Below, one piece after another: positions 37,508 through 46,881 of a stretch of DNA of 64,000 nucleotides. Source of the DNA: Candidatus Methylomirabilia bacterium. Its GTDB lineage: Bacteria; Methylomirabilota; Methylomirabilia; Rokubacteriales; CSP1-6. Both the position numbers and the translations under genes were made by a program. How positions within the stretch are numbered: position 1 is the first letter of the stretch; each line of letters begins with the position of its first letter. The notes beneath the pieces were generated by a model. The model made no database searches. It was not told the origin of the DNA and saw only the letters and a program-made list of their open reading frames with translations. The DNA lies in assembly GCA_041497895.1 (NCBI GenBank), contig JBGQHJ010000001.1, positions 32,001 through 96,000 of the forward strand. Direction: 5' to 3'.

Positions 37508-38754
37508 TGAAAGACAATCTCCGGTTCGTCGACTCGGACATGCACATCATGGAGCCGCCCGACCTCTTCGAGCGGTACCTCGACCCACGCTTCCGCGACC
37601 GGGTGGTCCTGCCGCTCGGCGCGGACGGGCGGCCCAAGCGCGGCACCATCGTCATCGACGGGCTGCCCACCACCATGGACGCGGAGATGCAGCAGTACCG
37701 CAAGCGCAGCCGCGCGGGCGGGGCCGGCACCCACAGCACCCAGCCGCTGTCGGGATCGCGGCTTCAGTCCACCAACCGGCTCGACTTCGCGATCGAGCGC
37801 AACTACGGTCCGGAAGCGCAGGTGATGGCGATGGCCATCGAGGGCGTCGACATCGCGGTGCTCTACCCGACCACCGGGCTCAGCCTGATCGCGCGCGACA
37901 ACCTGGACCCGCAGCTGTCGCTCGCCCTCTGCCGGGCCTACAACGACTGGATCGCCGAGTTCTGCCGCCACAGCCCGGAGCGTCTCAAGTTCGTGGCGAT
38001 GCTGCCGGTGCACGACGTGCATCTCGCCTGCCGCGAGCTGGTGCGCGGGGTGCGCGAGCTGGGCGCGGTCGGCTCGTTCATCCGGCCCAACCTGGTCAAC
38101 GGGCACTACTGGCACTCCAACTACTGGGACCCGCTCTACAGCCTGCACGAGGAGCTCGACGTCACGTGGGGCTTCCACGAGGGCACCGGGGCCTGGAACT
38201 CGCACATGAACGTGCTCTACGGCGAGAACCGTTTCTACCGCCACGTGGCCAGCCACTGGATCGAGATGCAGCAGGCCCTGATCGCGATGATCGTGGGCGG
38301 GGTCTTCGAGTTCCACCCGAAGCTGCGGGTAGGATTCCTCGAGGCGCAGAACTCGTGGGTGCCCGGGCTGCTCTCGCGCATCGAGTGGGACTACCCGCAG
38401 TACCGCGACTCGCACGCGCCCTACCTCTCCCTCGCCCCGCGCGAGTACTTCCGCCGCAACTGCTGGGCCGCGGTGGAGGGGAGCGAGCCCGAGATCGAGG
38501 CCACCGCGGGCCTGATCGGCGGCGACCGGATGTGCGTCTCCACCGACTACCCGCACTTCGACTCCAACTTCCCGAACGTGTCGGACAACGTGCTCAAGCA
38601 CTGCTCGCGCGAGACCGCGGCCCAGATCCTGATGGGCGGGGCGCACCTGTACGGATTCACCGACGCCGATTTCGAGAAGGCGGACGCGGCGGTGGCCAGG
38701 GCCGCCGCCGCCCCGCCGGGAGGAGCCAAGCGAGGCGTTCCGATCGGCGCGTGA
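37507..38754 (+). CDS. Amidohydrolase family 2 protein
   Basis: DSDMHIMEP, LYPT, AYNDW, FHEG, FLEA, STDYPHFD. Confidence 0.9.
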   Translation: MKDNLRFVDSDMHIMEPPDLFERYLDPRFRDRVVLPLGADGRPKRGTIVIDGLPTTMDAEMQQYRKRSRAGGAGTHSTQPLSGSRLQSTNRLDFAIERNYGPEAQVMAMAIEGVDIAVLYPTTGLSLIARDNLDPQLSLALCRAYNDWIAEFCRHSPERLKFVAMLPVHDVHLACRELVRGVRELGAVGSFIRPNLVNGHYWHSNYWDPLYSLHEELDVTWGFHEGTGAWNSHMNVLYGENRFYRHVASHWIEMQQALIAMIVGGVFEFHPKLRVGFLEAQNSWVPGLLSRIEWDYPQYRDSHAPYLSLAPREYFRRNCWAAVEGSEPEIEATAGLIGGDRMCVSTDYPHFDSNFPNVSDNVLKHCSRETAAQILMGGAHLYGFTDADFEKADAAVARAAAAPPGGAKRGVPIGA

Positions 38755-38800
38755 GGGCCGGCGGCCCGCGGCTCCCCGCGTCCGGGGAAGGAGTGGCCCG

Positions 38801-39709
38801 ATGACCTCGGCGCGCGGAGCGGCGTCCGCGGCCGGCGCTCCCCGCGGTGACGACCCGGTGGCGCGCCGCCGCCGGCGCCGCCAGCTGCGGCTGCGGATGC
38901 TGGGGGTGGTCGCGGCCAGCTACCTGCTCGACGCGCTGGTCCTGCTGGCCTATGCCGCGGCGGGCACGACCTCGCTCCGCGTGCCGGTGGGGTACGCGCT
39001 CGCGGGCGGGCTCGTCTGCGCCGGGTTCCTGGTCGCCTTCACGGCCGGGGTCGCCGAGGACGCTCCCGACCCGTTCCTGACCCTCTGGCAGGCCCTGGCC
39101 TGCGTGACCGTCCAGACCGCCTTGCTGGCCGCGGCCCCCGAGGTCGGCTTCGTGTTCATGACCGTGCTCTTCGTCACGATCGCGTTCGCCGCGCTGCGGC
39201 TCACGATCCGTCTGGTGGCCGTGTGGCTCGGCTTCACGGCCGCCAGCGTCACCATCGTGATCGCGGTGCTGGCGCGGCGGCCGGCCATCCCGGTCTCGAC
39301 GGCGGCCGAGCGGTGGATCACCTGCCTGTGCTTACTGTTCACCCTCGGCCGCTGTGCGGTGAGCGGCCTGCTCGGCAGCTCGTACCGTCAGCTGCTCGGC
39401 CAGCGCACCGAGGCCCTGCATCGGCTCAACGCGGACCTCGAAGGTCTGGTGGCGAGCCGGACGAGCGAGCTGGCCCTCGCCAAGGTGGCGCTCGAGAGCC
39501 TGGTGGCCCAGCAGAGCGCGGAGATCACGACGCTCCACGGCATCCTGCCGATCTGCGCCCACTGCAAGCAGGTGCGCGACGAGGAGGGATCCTGGACGCA
39601 GCTCGAGGCCTACGTGAGCGGCCACGCCGACGTGCAGTTCAGCCACGGGCTGTGCGCGGACTGCCGGCAGAAGCACTACCCGGAGTTCCCGAGATCGGAG
39701 AGGCGATGA
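38801..39709 (+). CDS. Multi-TM sensor-like protein with coiled coil and C-terminal Cys/His putative metal-binding domain
   Basis: About 6 TM segments, LEGLVASRTSEL S-helix-like linker, LPICAHCKQVRD...W...FSHGLCADC. Confidence 0.75.
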   Translation: MTSARGAASAAGAPRGDDPVARRRRRRQLRLRMLGVVAASYLLDALVLLAYAAAGTTSLRVPVGYALAGGLVCAGFLVAFTAGVAEDAPDPFLTLWQALACVTVQTALLAAAPEVGFVFMTVLFVTIAFAALRLTIRLVAVWLGFTAASVTIVIAVLARRPAIPVSTAAERWITCLCLLFTLGRCAVSGLLGSSYRQLLGQRTEALHRLNADLEGLVASRTSELALAKVALESLVAQQSAEITTLHGILPICAHCKQVRDEEGSWTQLEAYVSGHADVQFSHGLCADCRQKHYPEFPRSERR

Positions 39710-40686
39710 GCGAGGTCCGTCATCGTATCGTCGACACGAACGGCATCCGGCTGCACGTGGCCGAGCAGGGCGAGGGCCCGCTGGTCCTGCTCTGCCACGG
39801 CTTCCCGGAGTCCTGGTACTCCTGGCGCCATCAGCTCCGGGCCCTGGCCGAGGCCGGCTTCCACGCGGTGGCGCCCGACATGCGCGGCTACGGGCAGAGC
39901 GAGGCGCCCCCCGAGATCGAGCGCTACACCCTCCTGCACCTGGTGGGCGACATGGTGGGGCTGCTCGACGCGCTCGGCGAGCCGACCGCGGTGATCGCGG
40001 GGCACGACTGGGGCGCGCCGGTGGCCTGGCACTCGGCGCTGCTCCGCCCCGATCGGTTCCGCGCGGTGATCGGGCTGAGCGTGCCGTTCCGGCCGCGTGG
40101 CTCGACCCGGCCCACCGCCGCGATGGCGCGGACCGACGACGCGGTCTTCTACCAGCTCTACTTCCAGGAGCCGGGGGTGGCCGAGGCCGAGCTCGGCCGC
40201 GACGTGCGGTCCACCGTCCGCCGCATCCTCTATTCGGGCGGCGGCGAAGGTCGACGGGCGCGGGTGGGCCTCGGCAACCCGGACGCGGTGGGCATGGTGC
40301 CCCGGAGCGGCGGCTTCCTGAGCCACACCGAGGACCCCGCGGTCCTGCCGCCGTGGCTGACCGAGGCGGACGTCGATTTCTTCGCGGGCGAGTTCTCCCG
40401 GGCGGGCTTCCGCGGAGGCCTCAACTGGTACCGCAACATCGATCGGAGCTGGGAGCTCCTGGCCCCGTTCGCGGGCGCGCGGGTGACCGTGCCCGCGCTC
40501 TACGTGGCGGGAGACCTCGACCTGGTGGTCGCGTTCCGCGGGATGGACCAGCTCATCCCCAATCTCTCGAAGTTCGTGCCCGCCCTCCGCAAGACGATCA
40601 TGCTCCCCGACTGCGGGCACTGGACGCAGCAGGAGCGCCCGCGCGAGGTCAACGCGGTGATGATCGAGTTCCTGCGAAGCCTGTAG
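39706..40686 (+). CDS. Epoxide hydrolase (alpha/beta fold)
   Basis: HGFPESWYSWRHQ, GHDWGA, YQLYFQ, LNWYRN, GHWTQQE. Confidence 0.92.
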   Translation: MSEVRHRIVDTNGIRLHVAEQGEGPLVLLCHGFPESWYSWRHQLRALAEAGFHAVAPDMRGYGQSEAPPEIERYTLLHLVGDMVGLLDALGEPTAVIAGHDWGAPVAWHSALLRPDRFRAVIGLSVPFRPRGSTRPTAAMARTDDAVFYQLYFQEPGVAEAELGRDVRSTVRRILYSGGGEGRRARVGLGNPDAVGMVPRSGGFLSHTEDPAVLPPWLTEADVDFFAGEFSRAGFRGGLNWYRNIDRSWELLAPFAGARVTVPALYVAGDLDLVVAFRGMDQLIPNLSKFVPALRKTIMLPDCGHWTQQERPREVNAVMIEFLRSL

Positions 40687-41749
40687 CCGCGACGCGGTCG
40701 AGCGGCGCCATCGCGGGGGCGACATCCTCCGCGAACAGGCGCATCGACCGCAGGGCCAGGTCGGTGCGGAGCCCGGGCAGGGCCATCACCAGGAGCACGC
40801 GCTCGTAGCGGGTGGCCTCGCAGAACTGCTGGAGCCCGCGGGTCACCTCGGCGGGCGTGCCGACCAGGGCCCAGCCGTCGTCCAGGTACTCGCGGAAGGA
40901 ACGCAGGCGGAGCAGGGAGCGGTCGAAGGAGCCGGGAACCGAGCCACCGGTGGCGTCGGAGCGCAGCACCGCCATCCGCCGCTGGTAGCCCATGAACGGC
41001 GCCTCGATGGCGCGCAGCGCCTCGTCGTGATCGGGGGCCACGTGCACCACCCGCATGCCCCACGAGCGCGCCTCGAGCGCCTCGATCTCGGCCGGCGCGC
41101 GGCCGGCCGCGAGCGAGGCCTCGCGGTAGATCCGGTGTCGCCGCTGCAGCTCCGGCACCGGCACGAAGAACGACGACAGGGTGGGCAGGCCCAGGCGCGC
41201 GGCGGAGCGCACGCTCTCCTCGCTGTTGGAGGCGATGAACAGCGGCGGATGCGGCCGCTGCACCGGCTGCGGGCGCACGTGGAGGCGCTCGGCCGAGTGG
41301 AAGCGGCCGGAGAAGTCGAAGGGCGCGCCGCTCCAGGATCGGCGCATGAGCGCGACCCCCTCCTCGACCCGCGCCCGGCTGTCGTCGCGGTCGGACTGGA
41401 AGGTCTGGTAGTCCTGCAGCGTGCCGCCGCGGCCGATCCCCACGTCGAGCCGCCCGCCGCTCACCACGTCGAGCACGGCGAGCGACTCCGCCAGGTCCAC
41501 CGGGTGGTGGAGCGGCAGCAGGCTCACGCCCATCCCGAGGCGCAGGGTAGCCGTCCGCGCCGCCACGAAGGACGCCAGGACCGGCGGCGTGGGGCAGAGG
41601 CCGTAGTCGTTGAAGTGGTGCTCGGCGATCCAGACCGAGTGGTAGCCGAGCGCCTCGGCGGCGAGCATCTGCTCGAGGCCCGAGTGGTAGACCAGCTGCT
41701 CGCTCCACTGCTCGTCGCGCTGCATGAGGAAGAACAGTCCGAAGTCCAT
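40649..41749 (-). CDS. LLM-class flavin-dependent oxidoreductase
   Basis: WIAEHHF, LDVVSGGRLDVGIGRG, PQPVQRPHPP, VGTPAEV. Confidence 0.92.
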   Translation of the reverse strand: MDFGLFFLMQRDEQWSEQLVYHSGLEQMLAAEALGYHSVWIAEHHFNDYGLCPTPPVLASFVAARTATLRLGMGVSLLPLHHPVDLAESLAVLDVVSGGRLDVGIGRGGTLQDYQTFQSDRDDSRARVEEGVALMRRSWSGAPFDFSGRFHSAERLHVRPQPVQRPHPPLFIASNSEESVRSAARLGLPTLSSFFVPVPELQRRHRIYREASLAAGRAPAEIEALEARSWGMRVVHVAPDHDEALRAIEAPFMGYQRRMAVLRSDATGGSVPGSFDRSLLRLRSFREYLDDGWALVGTPAEVTRGLQQFCEATRYERVLLVMALPGLRTDLALRSMRLFAEDVAPAMAPLDRVAATGFAGTRSSPR

Positions 41750-41762
41750 GGATCCTCCTGGG

Positions 41763-43031
41763 TCAGTTCACATCCGGGCGAAAGATCGCGCGCAGCACGT
41801 CCGGGGCGAGCGCCCGGTCGGGGAGGCCGGGGCCGAAGCGAGTCTCGAAGTCGGAGCGCAGCAGCTCCCGGTACTGCACGGTCCCGGGCTGCCGCAGCCC
41901 CGCGTACACGTACACCACGTCGGTGTGCTCGTCGGGCACCGCCACCGCCCGGGCGAGGTCGCGCCACGTGGCGACGTCACCCCAGCGCGGATCGAGGGCC
42001 ATCAGCCAGGCCCGCTCGTCCCGGCCGGGCGCCCGCGGTGCCGCGAGGGCGGCCCCGATGAGATCGCGCAGCGCCGGCTCGCCCGCGAGCGCGGCCGCCA
42101 CGTGATCCTGGGCGGTGAGGTTCCGCGCGCGCGAGAGCCCGGCGGCCAGCGCCCGGAAGAGCGAGTCGGGCGGCGCGGCGGCGCCGTTCCAGGCGGGGAG
42201 CGCGGCGCGCAGCTCGCGGAACGGCTCGAGGCGGCCCCAGCGCTCCGCGTCGCTCCAGCCCGCGGTGTTGTCCCACGCCACCACGAAGGCGAGCGCGTCG
42301 TCGCCCGCGCCGGTCGCCACGCGGCCGCTGACCTGCTCGTCGAACAGCTCCGGATCGCAGGGATGGTTGTGGGCGCGGCACCAGTCGGCGGTGTACACGC
42401 CGCGCAGGTGGTCCACGTGGGCGCGCCGCAGCCCGCGCGCGGGCCGGGGCGGATAGAGCGCGGTCTTCGCCGCGCGGCCGCCATCCCAGAGCGCGAGGGC
42501 CACCGGGTGAAACGACGCGAAGTGCACCTGGTTCCGCTGGTAGACGAGCCGGCCGTCCGCGAGGGTGGCCACCGGCCAGCCGGCCAGGACGCCGCGCACC
42601 GCGAGATCGGGTCCGAGGACGATCGTGCACTCGGCGGACGGGTTGATGTGCGCCCGGACGAGGAAGCCGCCGGGGAACCGGTCGAGCGCGAGGCCGGACC
42701 GGCACAGCTCGGGCGGGAGCGCGCCGGCGTCGGCCGCTCCGCCCCAGTCGAGCGGCGCGGCGGTCCACCGTCGGGTGGCGCGCTCGAAGCGCACGGCCTG
42801 CAGGAGCGGCGCGGCGGGGGGCTTCGCGAGGTAGACCACCAGCAGGTCGCGCTCGTCGTCGAGCAGCTGGTAGGCCTGGAGCGGCTGGTCGGCGGCGGCC
42901 GGCGGCGGGGCCGGCACCCCCCGGGCGGCCAGCACCTCGCCGAGGGTCTCGGCGCGGGCGGGACCGACCACGAGCACGAGTGCGGCGAGCGGCCCGAGCA
43001 TCGCCCGGCCGCCCGCGGTCCGGATCCCCAT
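41763..43031 (-). CDS. Hypothetical exported protein
   Basis: Signal-peptide-like N-terminus (…PARA/E), 422-aa ORF with genome-typical codon usage. Confidence 0.65.
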   Translation of the reverse strand: MGIRTAGGRAMLGPLAALVLVVGPARAETLGEVLAARGVPAPPPAAADQPLQAYQLLDDERDLLVVYLAKPPAAPLLQAVRFERATRRWTAAPLDWGGAADAGALPPELCRSGLALDRFPGGFLVRAHINPSAECTIVLGPDLAVRGVLAGWPVATLADGRLVYQRNQVHFASFHPVALALWDGGRAAKTALYPPRPARGLRRAHVDHLRGVYTADWCRAHNHPCDPELFDEQVSGRVATGAGDDALAFVVAWDNTAGWSDAERWGRLEPFRELRAALPAWNGAAAPPDSLFRALAAGLSRARNLTAQDHVAAALAGEPALRDLIGAALAAPRAPGRDERAWLMALDPRWGDVATWRDLARAVAVPDEHTDVVYVYAGLRQPGTVQYRELLRSDFETRFGPGLPDRALAPDVLRAIFRPDVN

Positions 43032-43172
43032 GGCCGGCTACTATACGCTCCGCTTGACTTTACCGTCGGCGCTGCGGCATAGTCCCCGCACTCGCAGCCC
43101 GGTGTAATGACGCACCGGCTCGAGTTCGCTCGAGGTCCTTTCCTTCACGCAGACGTGAGAAGGAGAGCCGCG

Positions 43173-44870
43173 ATGCCCGACGATCTCCTCGCCCCGCTTC
43201 CCTCCCGGCTCGATCGCCGTCAGTTCCTCACGCGTGCTGGATGGACCGGCCTCGGCGCCGGCGCCCTCGTGGTGGGCACCGGGCGGGGGCGCGCGCAGGC
43301 CCAGGCGCGGGGGGCCTCCTATCCCGACTGGATCGCGGCCAGCCCGAAACCGCCCAAGCGCGGCGGCGTGCTGACCCGGGCCTCCTCGTGGGACCCGCCG
43401 GTGATCGATCCGCGGCTGACCCAGTCCATCGGGCTCCACCAGTTCGCGGTCCTCGTCGGCAATCGCCTCGTGCGCTACGCGTTCGCGGACGAGGTGAGCG
43501 GCCCCACCGACCTCGGCCTCAAGGGCGACCTCGCGGAGTCGTGGCAGCCGAGCCCCGACCACCGCGTGTGGACGTTCAAGCTGCGCCAGGGCGTCAAGTG
43601 GCAGAACGTGCCGCCACTCAACGGGCGCGAGTTCGTGGCCGCCGACGTCAAGTACTGCTTCGAGGCCTACGCGAAGGAGGGGGCGCAGTCCTTCACCTTC
43701 CAGGAGGTCGAGGCCATCGAGACGCCGGACAAGTACACGGTCCGGATCCACCTCAAGACGCCCAACGTGTTCTTCGCGCACAACCTGGCCGAGCCGATCA
43801 CCATCCTGTTCGCCCGCGAGGTCCTCGAGCAGGACGGCGACCTCAAGAAGCATCTGATCGGTACCGGACCGTACATCCTCAAGGAGCACACGCGCAAGGT
43901 GAGGGTGGTGCTGCAGCGGAACCCCGACTACTTCGACAAGGGGCGCCCCTACTTCGACGAGTACGTCATCCTCTCGACCCCCGACGCCGCGACCCGCATG
44001 GCCGCGTTCCGCACCGGGCAGAGCGACATCATCTGGCTGGCGAGCCCCTCGGAGGTGGAGACGGTCCGCAAGACCAACCCGAGCGCCCTCGTGCAGTCGT
44101 ACCACAACACGCTGACCCCGTTCGGGGTGGCCCTCGCCCAGGACAAGCCGCCCTTCAACGACGTCCGCGTGCGCCGTGCGCTGTCCATGGCGATCGACCG
44201 GCAGAAGCAGGCCGACACGCTGTTCGAGGGGCACGGCATCATCGGCTGGGGCGTGCCGTACATCTACTACCAGGACAAGGCGCCGACCCTGGCCGACCTC
44301 GGGCCGTGGTGGCAGTATCGCCCCGCGGAGGCCAAGAAGCTCCTGGCCGACGCCGGCCACCCGAACGGCTTGGAGACCACGCTGTTCTATTACGAGTACT
44401 TCCCGCAGATGACCTCGCAGGTGCAGCTCGTGCAGCAGGACCTCAAGCGCAACCTCAACGTCGACGTCAAGATCACCAAGCTCGACTACACGACCTACTA
44501 CGGCCGCTACGCCGAGAACAAGTGGGACGGCATGTCCTGGGGCTTCCAGTCGGGGCACGCGGTGGGCCTCGACGAGCGCACCTACCAGTACATGCACTCG
44601 AAGTCGACGAAGAACTTCTTCCGCGTCAACGACCCGGTGATCGACCAGCTCACCACCAAGCTGCGCCAGACGCCGGACCGTGCCGACCAGCGGACCCTCA
44701 CGAAGAAGATCGTCGACCGAGAATTCGATCAGGTCCTCCGGATGTGGATGCCCTACGACAACGGGTTCCTGGTCTTCCAGCCGCACCTGCGGAACGGGGC
44801 GGCCCTGGCCCTGCGGCGGACCGACGGCTACGGCGCCTCCGCGATCGCCCGGGTCTGGCCGGACAAGTAG
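43173..44870 (+). CDS. ABC transporter substrate-binding protein family 5 (Tat-exported)
   Basis: DRRQFL Tat motif; LAESW, FKLRQGVKW, IGTGPY, PFNDVRVRRALS. Confidence 0.92.
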   Translation: MPDDLLAPLPSRLDRRQFLTRAGWTGLGAGALVVGTGRGRAQAQARGASYPDWIAASPKPPKRGGVLTRASSWDPPVIDPRLTQSIGLHQFAVLVGNRLVRYAFADEVSGPTDLGLKGDLAESWQPSPDHRVWTFKLRQGVKWQNVPPLNGREFVAADVKYCFEAYAKEGAQSFTFQEVEAIETPDKYTVRIHLKTPNVFFAHNLAEPITILFAREVLEQDGDLKKHLIGTGPYILKEHTRKVRVVLQRNPDYFDKGRPYFDEYVILSTPDAATRMAAFRTGQSDIIWLASPSEVETVRKTNPSALVQSYHNTLTPFGVALAQDKPPFNDVRVRRALSMAIDRQKQADTLFEGHGIIGWGVPYIYYQDKAPTLADLGPWWQYRPAEAKKLLADAGHPNGLETTLFYYEYFPQMTSQVQLVQQDLKRNLNVDVKITKLDYTTYYGRYAENKWDGMSWGFQSGHAVGLDERTYQYMHSKSTKNFFRVNDPVIDQLTTKLRQTPDRADQRTLTKKIVDREFDQVLRMWMPYDNGFLVFQPHLRNGAALALRRTDGYGASAIARVWPDK

Positions 44871-44904
44871 CGGGGCGCGGCGGCGGGGGCGGGGGCAGCG
44901 CTCC

Positions 44905-45855
44905 GTGTACAAGTACGCGATCCGCCGGCTCATGCTGGCGGTACCGGTCCTGCTGCTGTCGTCGCTGATCGTGTTCGGCCTCATGCGGGTGATGCCGGGC
45001 GACGCGCTCACCGCCCTCATGGGCGAGTCCGGCAACATCGGCGAGCGGGAACTCGCCAAGATCCGCAAGGACCTGCGCCTCGACCTGCCGTACCACGAGC
45101 AGTACCTCCTGTGGGTGTGGCAGATGGTGAGCTTCCACCCCGGCGACTCGATCTTCACCGGCGAGCCGATCGCGGTGAGCCTCGCCAAGGCGGTGCCGGT
45201 CACCGTCGAGCTCGCCGCGCTCGCGATGGTGCTGGGGCTGATCATCGCGGTGCCCATCGGCGTGCTCTCGGCCACGCGCCAGGACTCCGCCTCGGATTAC
45301 GTGGGCCGGGTGGTGGCGGTCTCCGGACTCTCGTTCCCGGACTTCTGGCTGGGTACGCTCGTGATCACCTTCGCGGCGATCTGGTTCCACTGGATCCCCG
45401 CGATCGGCTACGTGAGCTTCTGGGAGTCGCCCCTGCGCAACCTCCAGCAGTTCCTCCTCCCCGCCGCGGTGCTGGGCTTCCGGCTCTCCGCCGCGACGAT
45501 GCGAATGACCCGCTCGACCGTGCTCGAGGTCCTGCGCGAGGACTACGTGCGCACCGCCTGGGCCAAGGGCCTCGAGGGCCGCATCGTGGTCTACAAGCAC
45601 GCGCTCAAGAACGCGCTGATCCCGGTGGTCACCATCGTGGGCGGCCAGCTCGGCGTGCTCCTGGCCGGCACGGTGGTGGTGGAGACGATCTTCGCCCTGC
45701 CCGGCATGGGCCGTCTCACGGTGGAGGCGATTCTCTTCCGCGACTACCCGGTGGTGCAGACCAACGTGATGCTGGTGGCGGGCACCCTGGTCTCCCTGAA
45801 CCTCCTGGTGGACCTCACCTACGCGTGGCTCGATCCGCGAATCCGCTATCGATGA
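44905..45855 (+). CDS. Peptide/nickel ABC transporter permease (DppB-like)
   Basis: MPGD, SFPDFW, RSTVLEVLREDYVRTAWAKG, HALKNAL, DPRIR. Confidence 0.92.
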   Translation: MYKYAIRRLMLAVPVLLLSSLIVFGLMRVMPGDALTALMGESGNIGERELAKIRKDLRLDLPYHEQYLLWVWQMVSFHPGDSIFTGEPIAVSLAKAVPVTVELAALAMVLGLIIAVPIGVLSATRQDSASDYVGRVVAVSGLSFPDFWLGTLVITFAAIWFHWIPAIGYVSFWESPLRNLQQFLLPAAVLGFRLSAATMRMTRSTVLEVLREDYVRTAWAKGLEGRIVVYKHALKNALIPVVTIVGGQLGVLLAGTVVVETIFALPGMGRLTVEAILFRDYPVVQTNVMLVAGTLVSLNLLVDLTYAWLDPRIRYR

Positions 45856-45871
45856 CGGGCGAGGAGCGCCG

Positions 45872-46774
45872 ATGGCGACCGTGACCGCGCGCACCGCGGC
45901 CGACCTCGAGACCGAGTCGACCGTCGAGATCGGCCGGCTCCGGTCGCTCTGGACCGCCATGCGGCGCAAGCCGCTCGGCGCGGCCTCGGCGCTGCTCATC
46001 GCGACGCTGGTGCTGACCGCGATCCTGGCCGACGTGATCGCTCCCTACGATCCGCTCGCGGCCCAGCCCGAGATCCGCCTGGCCGCGCCCAGCTGGGACC
46101 ACCCCTTCGGCACCGACGACATCGGCCGCGACGTGCTGAGCCGGGTCATCCACGGCAGCCGCATCTCGCTGTGGGTGGGGCTGCTCGCGGTGGGCATCGG
46201 CACCGTGGCGGGCATGATCATCGGCCTGCTGTCGGGCTACTGCGAGGGCCGGACCGATCTGATCCTGCAGCGGCTGATGGACGGCATCCAGGCCATCCCG
46301 GGGCTGGTGCTGGCCCTGGCCATCGTCTCGGTGCTGCGGCCGAACACGACCAACGCGATGATCGCGATCGCGATGGTGATCATCCCGGGCAACTCGCGCA
46401 TCGTGCGCGGGGCGGTGCTCTCGGCCAAGCAGAACCGCTACGTGGAGGCCGCGCAGGCCATCGGCTGCCGCCACCCGCGGATCATCCTGAGCCACATCCT
46501 GCCCAACGTGACCGCGCCCATCCTGGTCATCGCCTCGATCTGGCTCGGCAACGCGATCCTGATCGAGGCCACGCTGTCCTTCCTCGGGGTCGGCACCCAG
46601 CCGCCCACGCCCTCCTGGGGCCTGATGCTCAGCAGCACCGGGCGGGCGTTCATGGAGCAGGCGCCGTGGCTCGCCCTCTTTCCCGGGCTCGCCATCAGCC
46701 TGTCCGTGCTCGGTTTCAATCTCTTCGGCGACACGCTGCGCGACGCGTGGGATCCGAAGCTGCGACGGAGCTAG
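45872..46774 (+). CDS. Peptide/nickel ABC transporter permease (DppC-like)
   Basis: HPFGTDDIGRD, YVEAAQAIG, HILPN, PPTPSWG, GDTLRD. Confidence 0.92.
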   Translation: MATVTARTAADLETESTVEIGRLRSLWTAMRRKPLGAASALLIATLVLTAILADVIAPYDPLAAQPEIRLAAPSWDHPFGTDDIGRDVLSRVIHGSRISLWVGLLAVGIGTVAGMIIGLLSGYCEGRTDLILQRLMDGIQAIPGLVLALAIVSVLRPNTTNAMIAIAMVIIPGNSRIVRGAVLSAKQNRYVEAAQAIGCRHPRIILSHILPNVTAPILVIASIWLGNAILIEATLSFLGVGTQPPTPSWGLMLSSTGRAFMEQAPWLALFPGLAISLSVLGFNLFGDTLRDAWDPKLRRS

Positions 46775-46881
46775 GCGGGCCGACCGCGGCTTGACACGAC
46801 CCGCGCGCTGTGGGAGGTTCGCCGCCAATCGGTCCACAGCGTCGCGGTGCACGTTCCGCCGGTCGGGAGGCCCGTCCCTTC

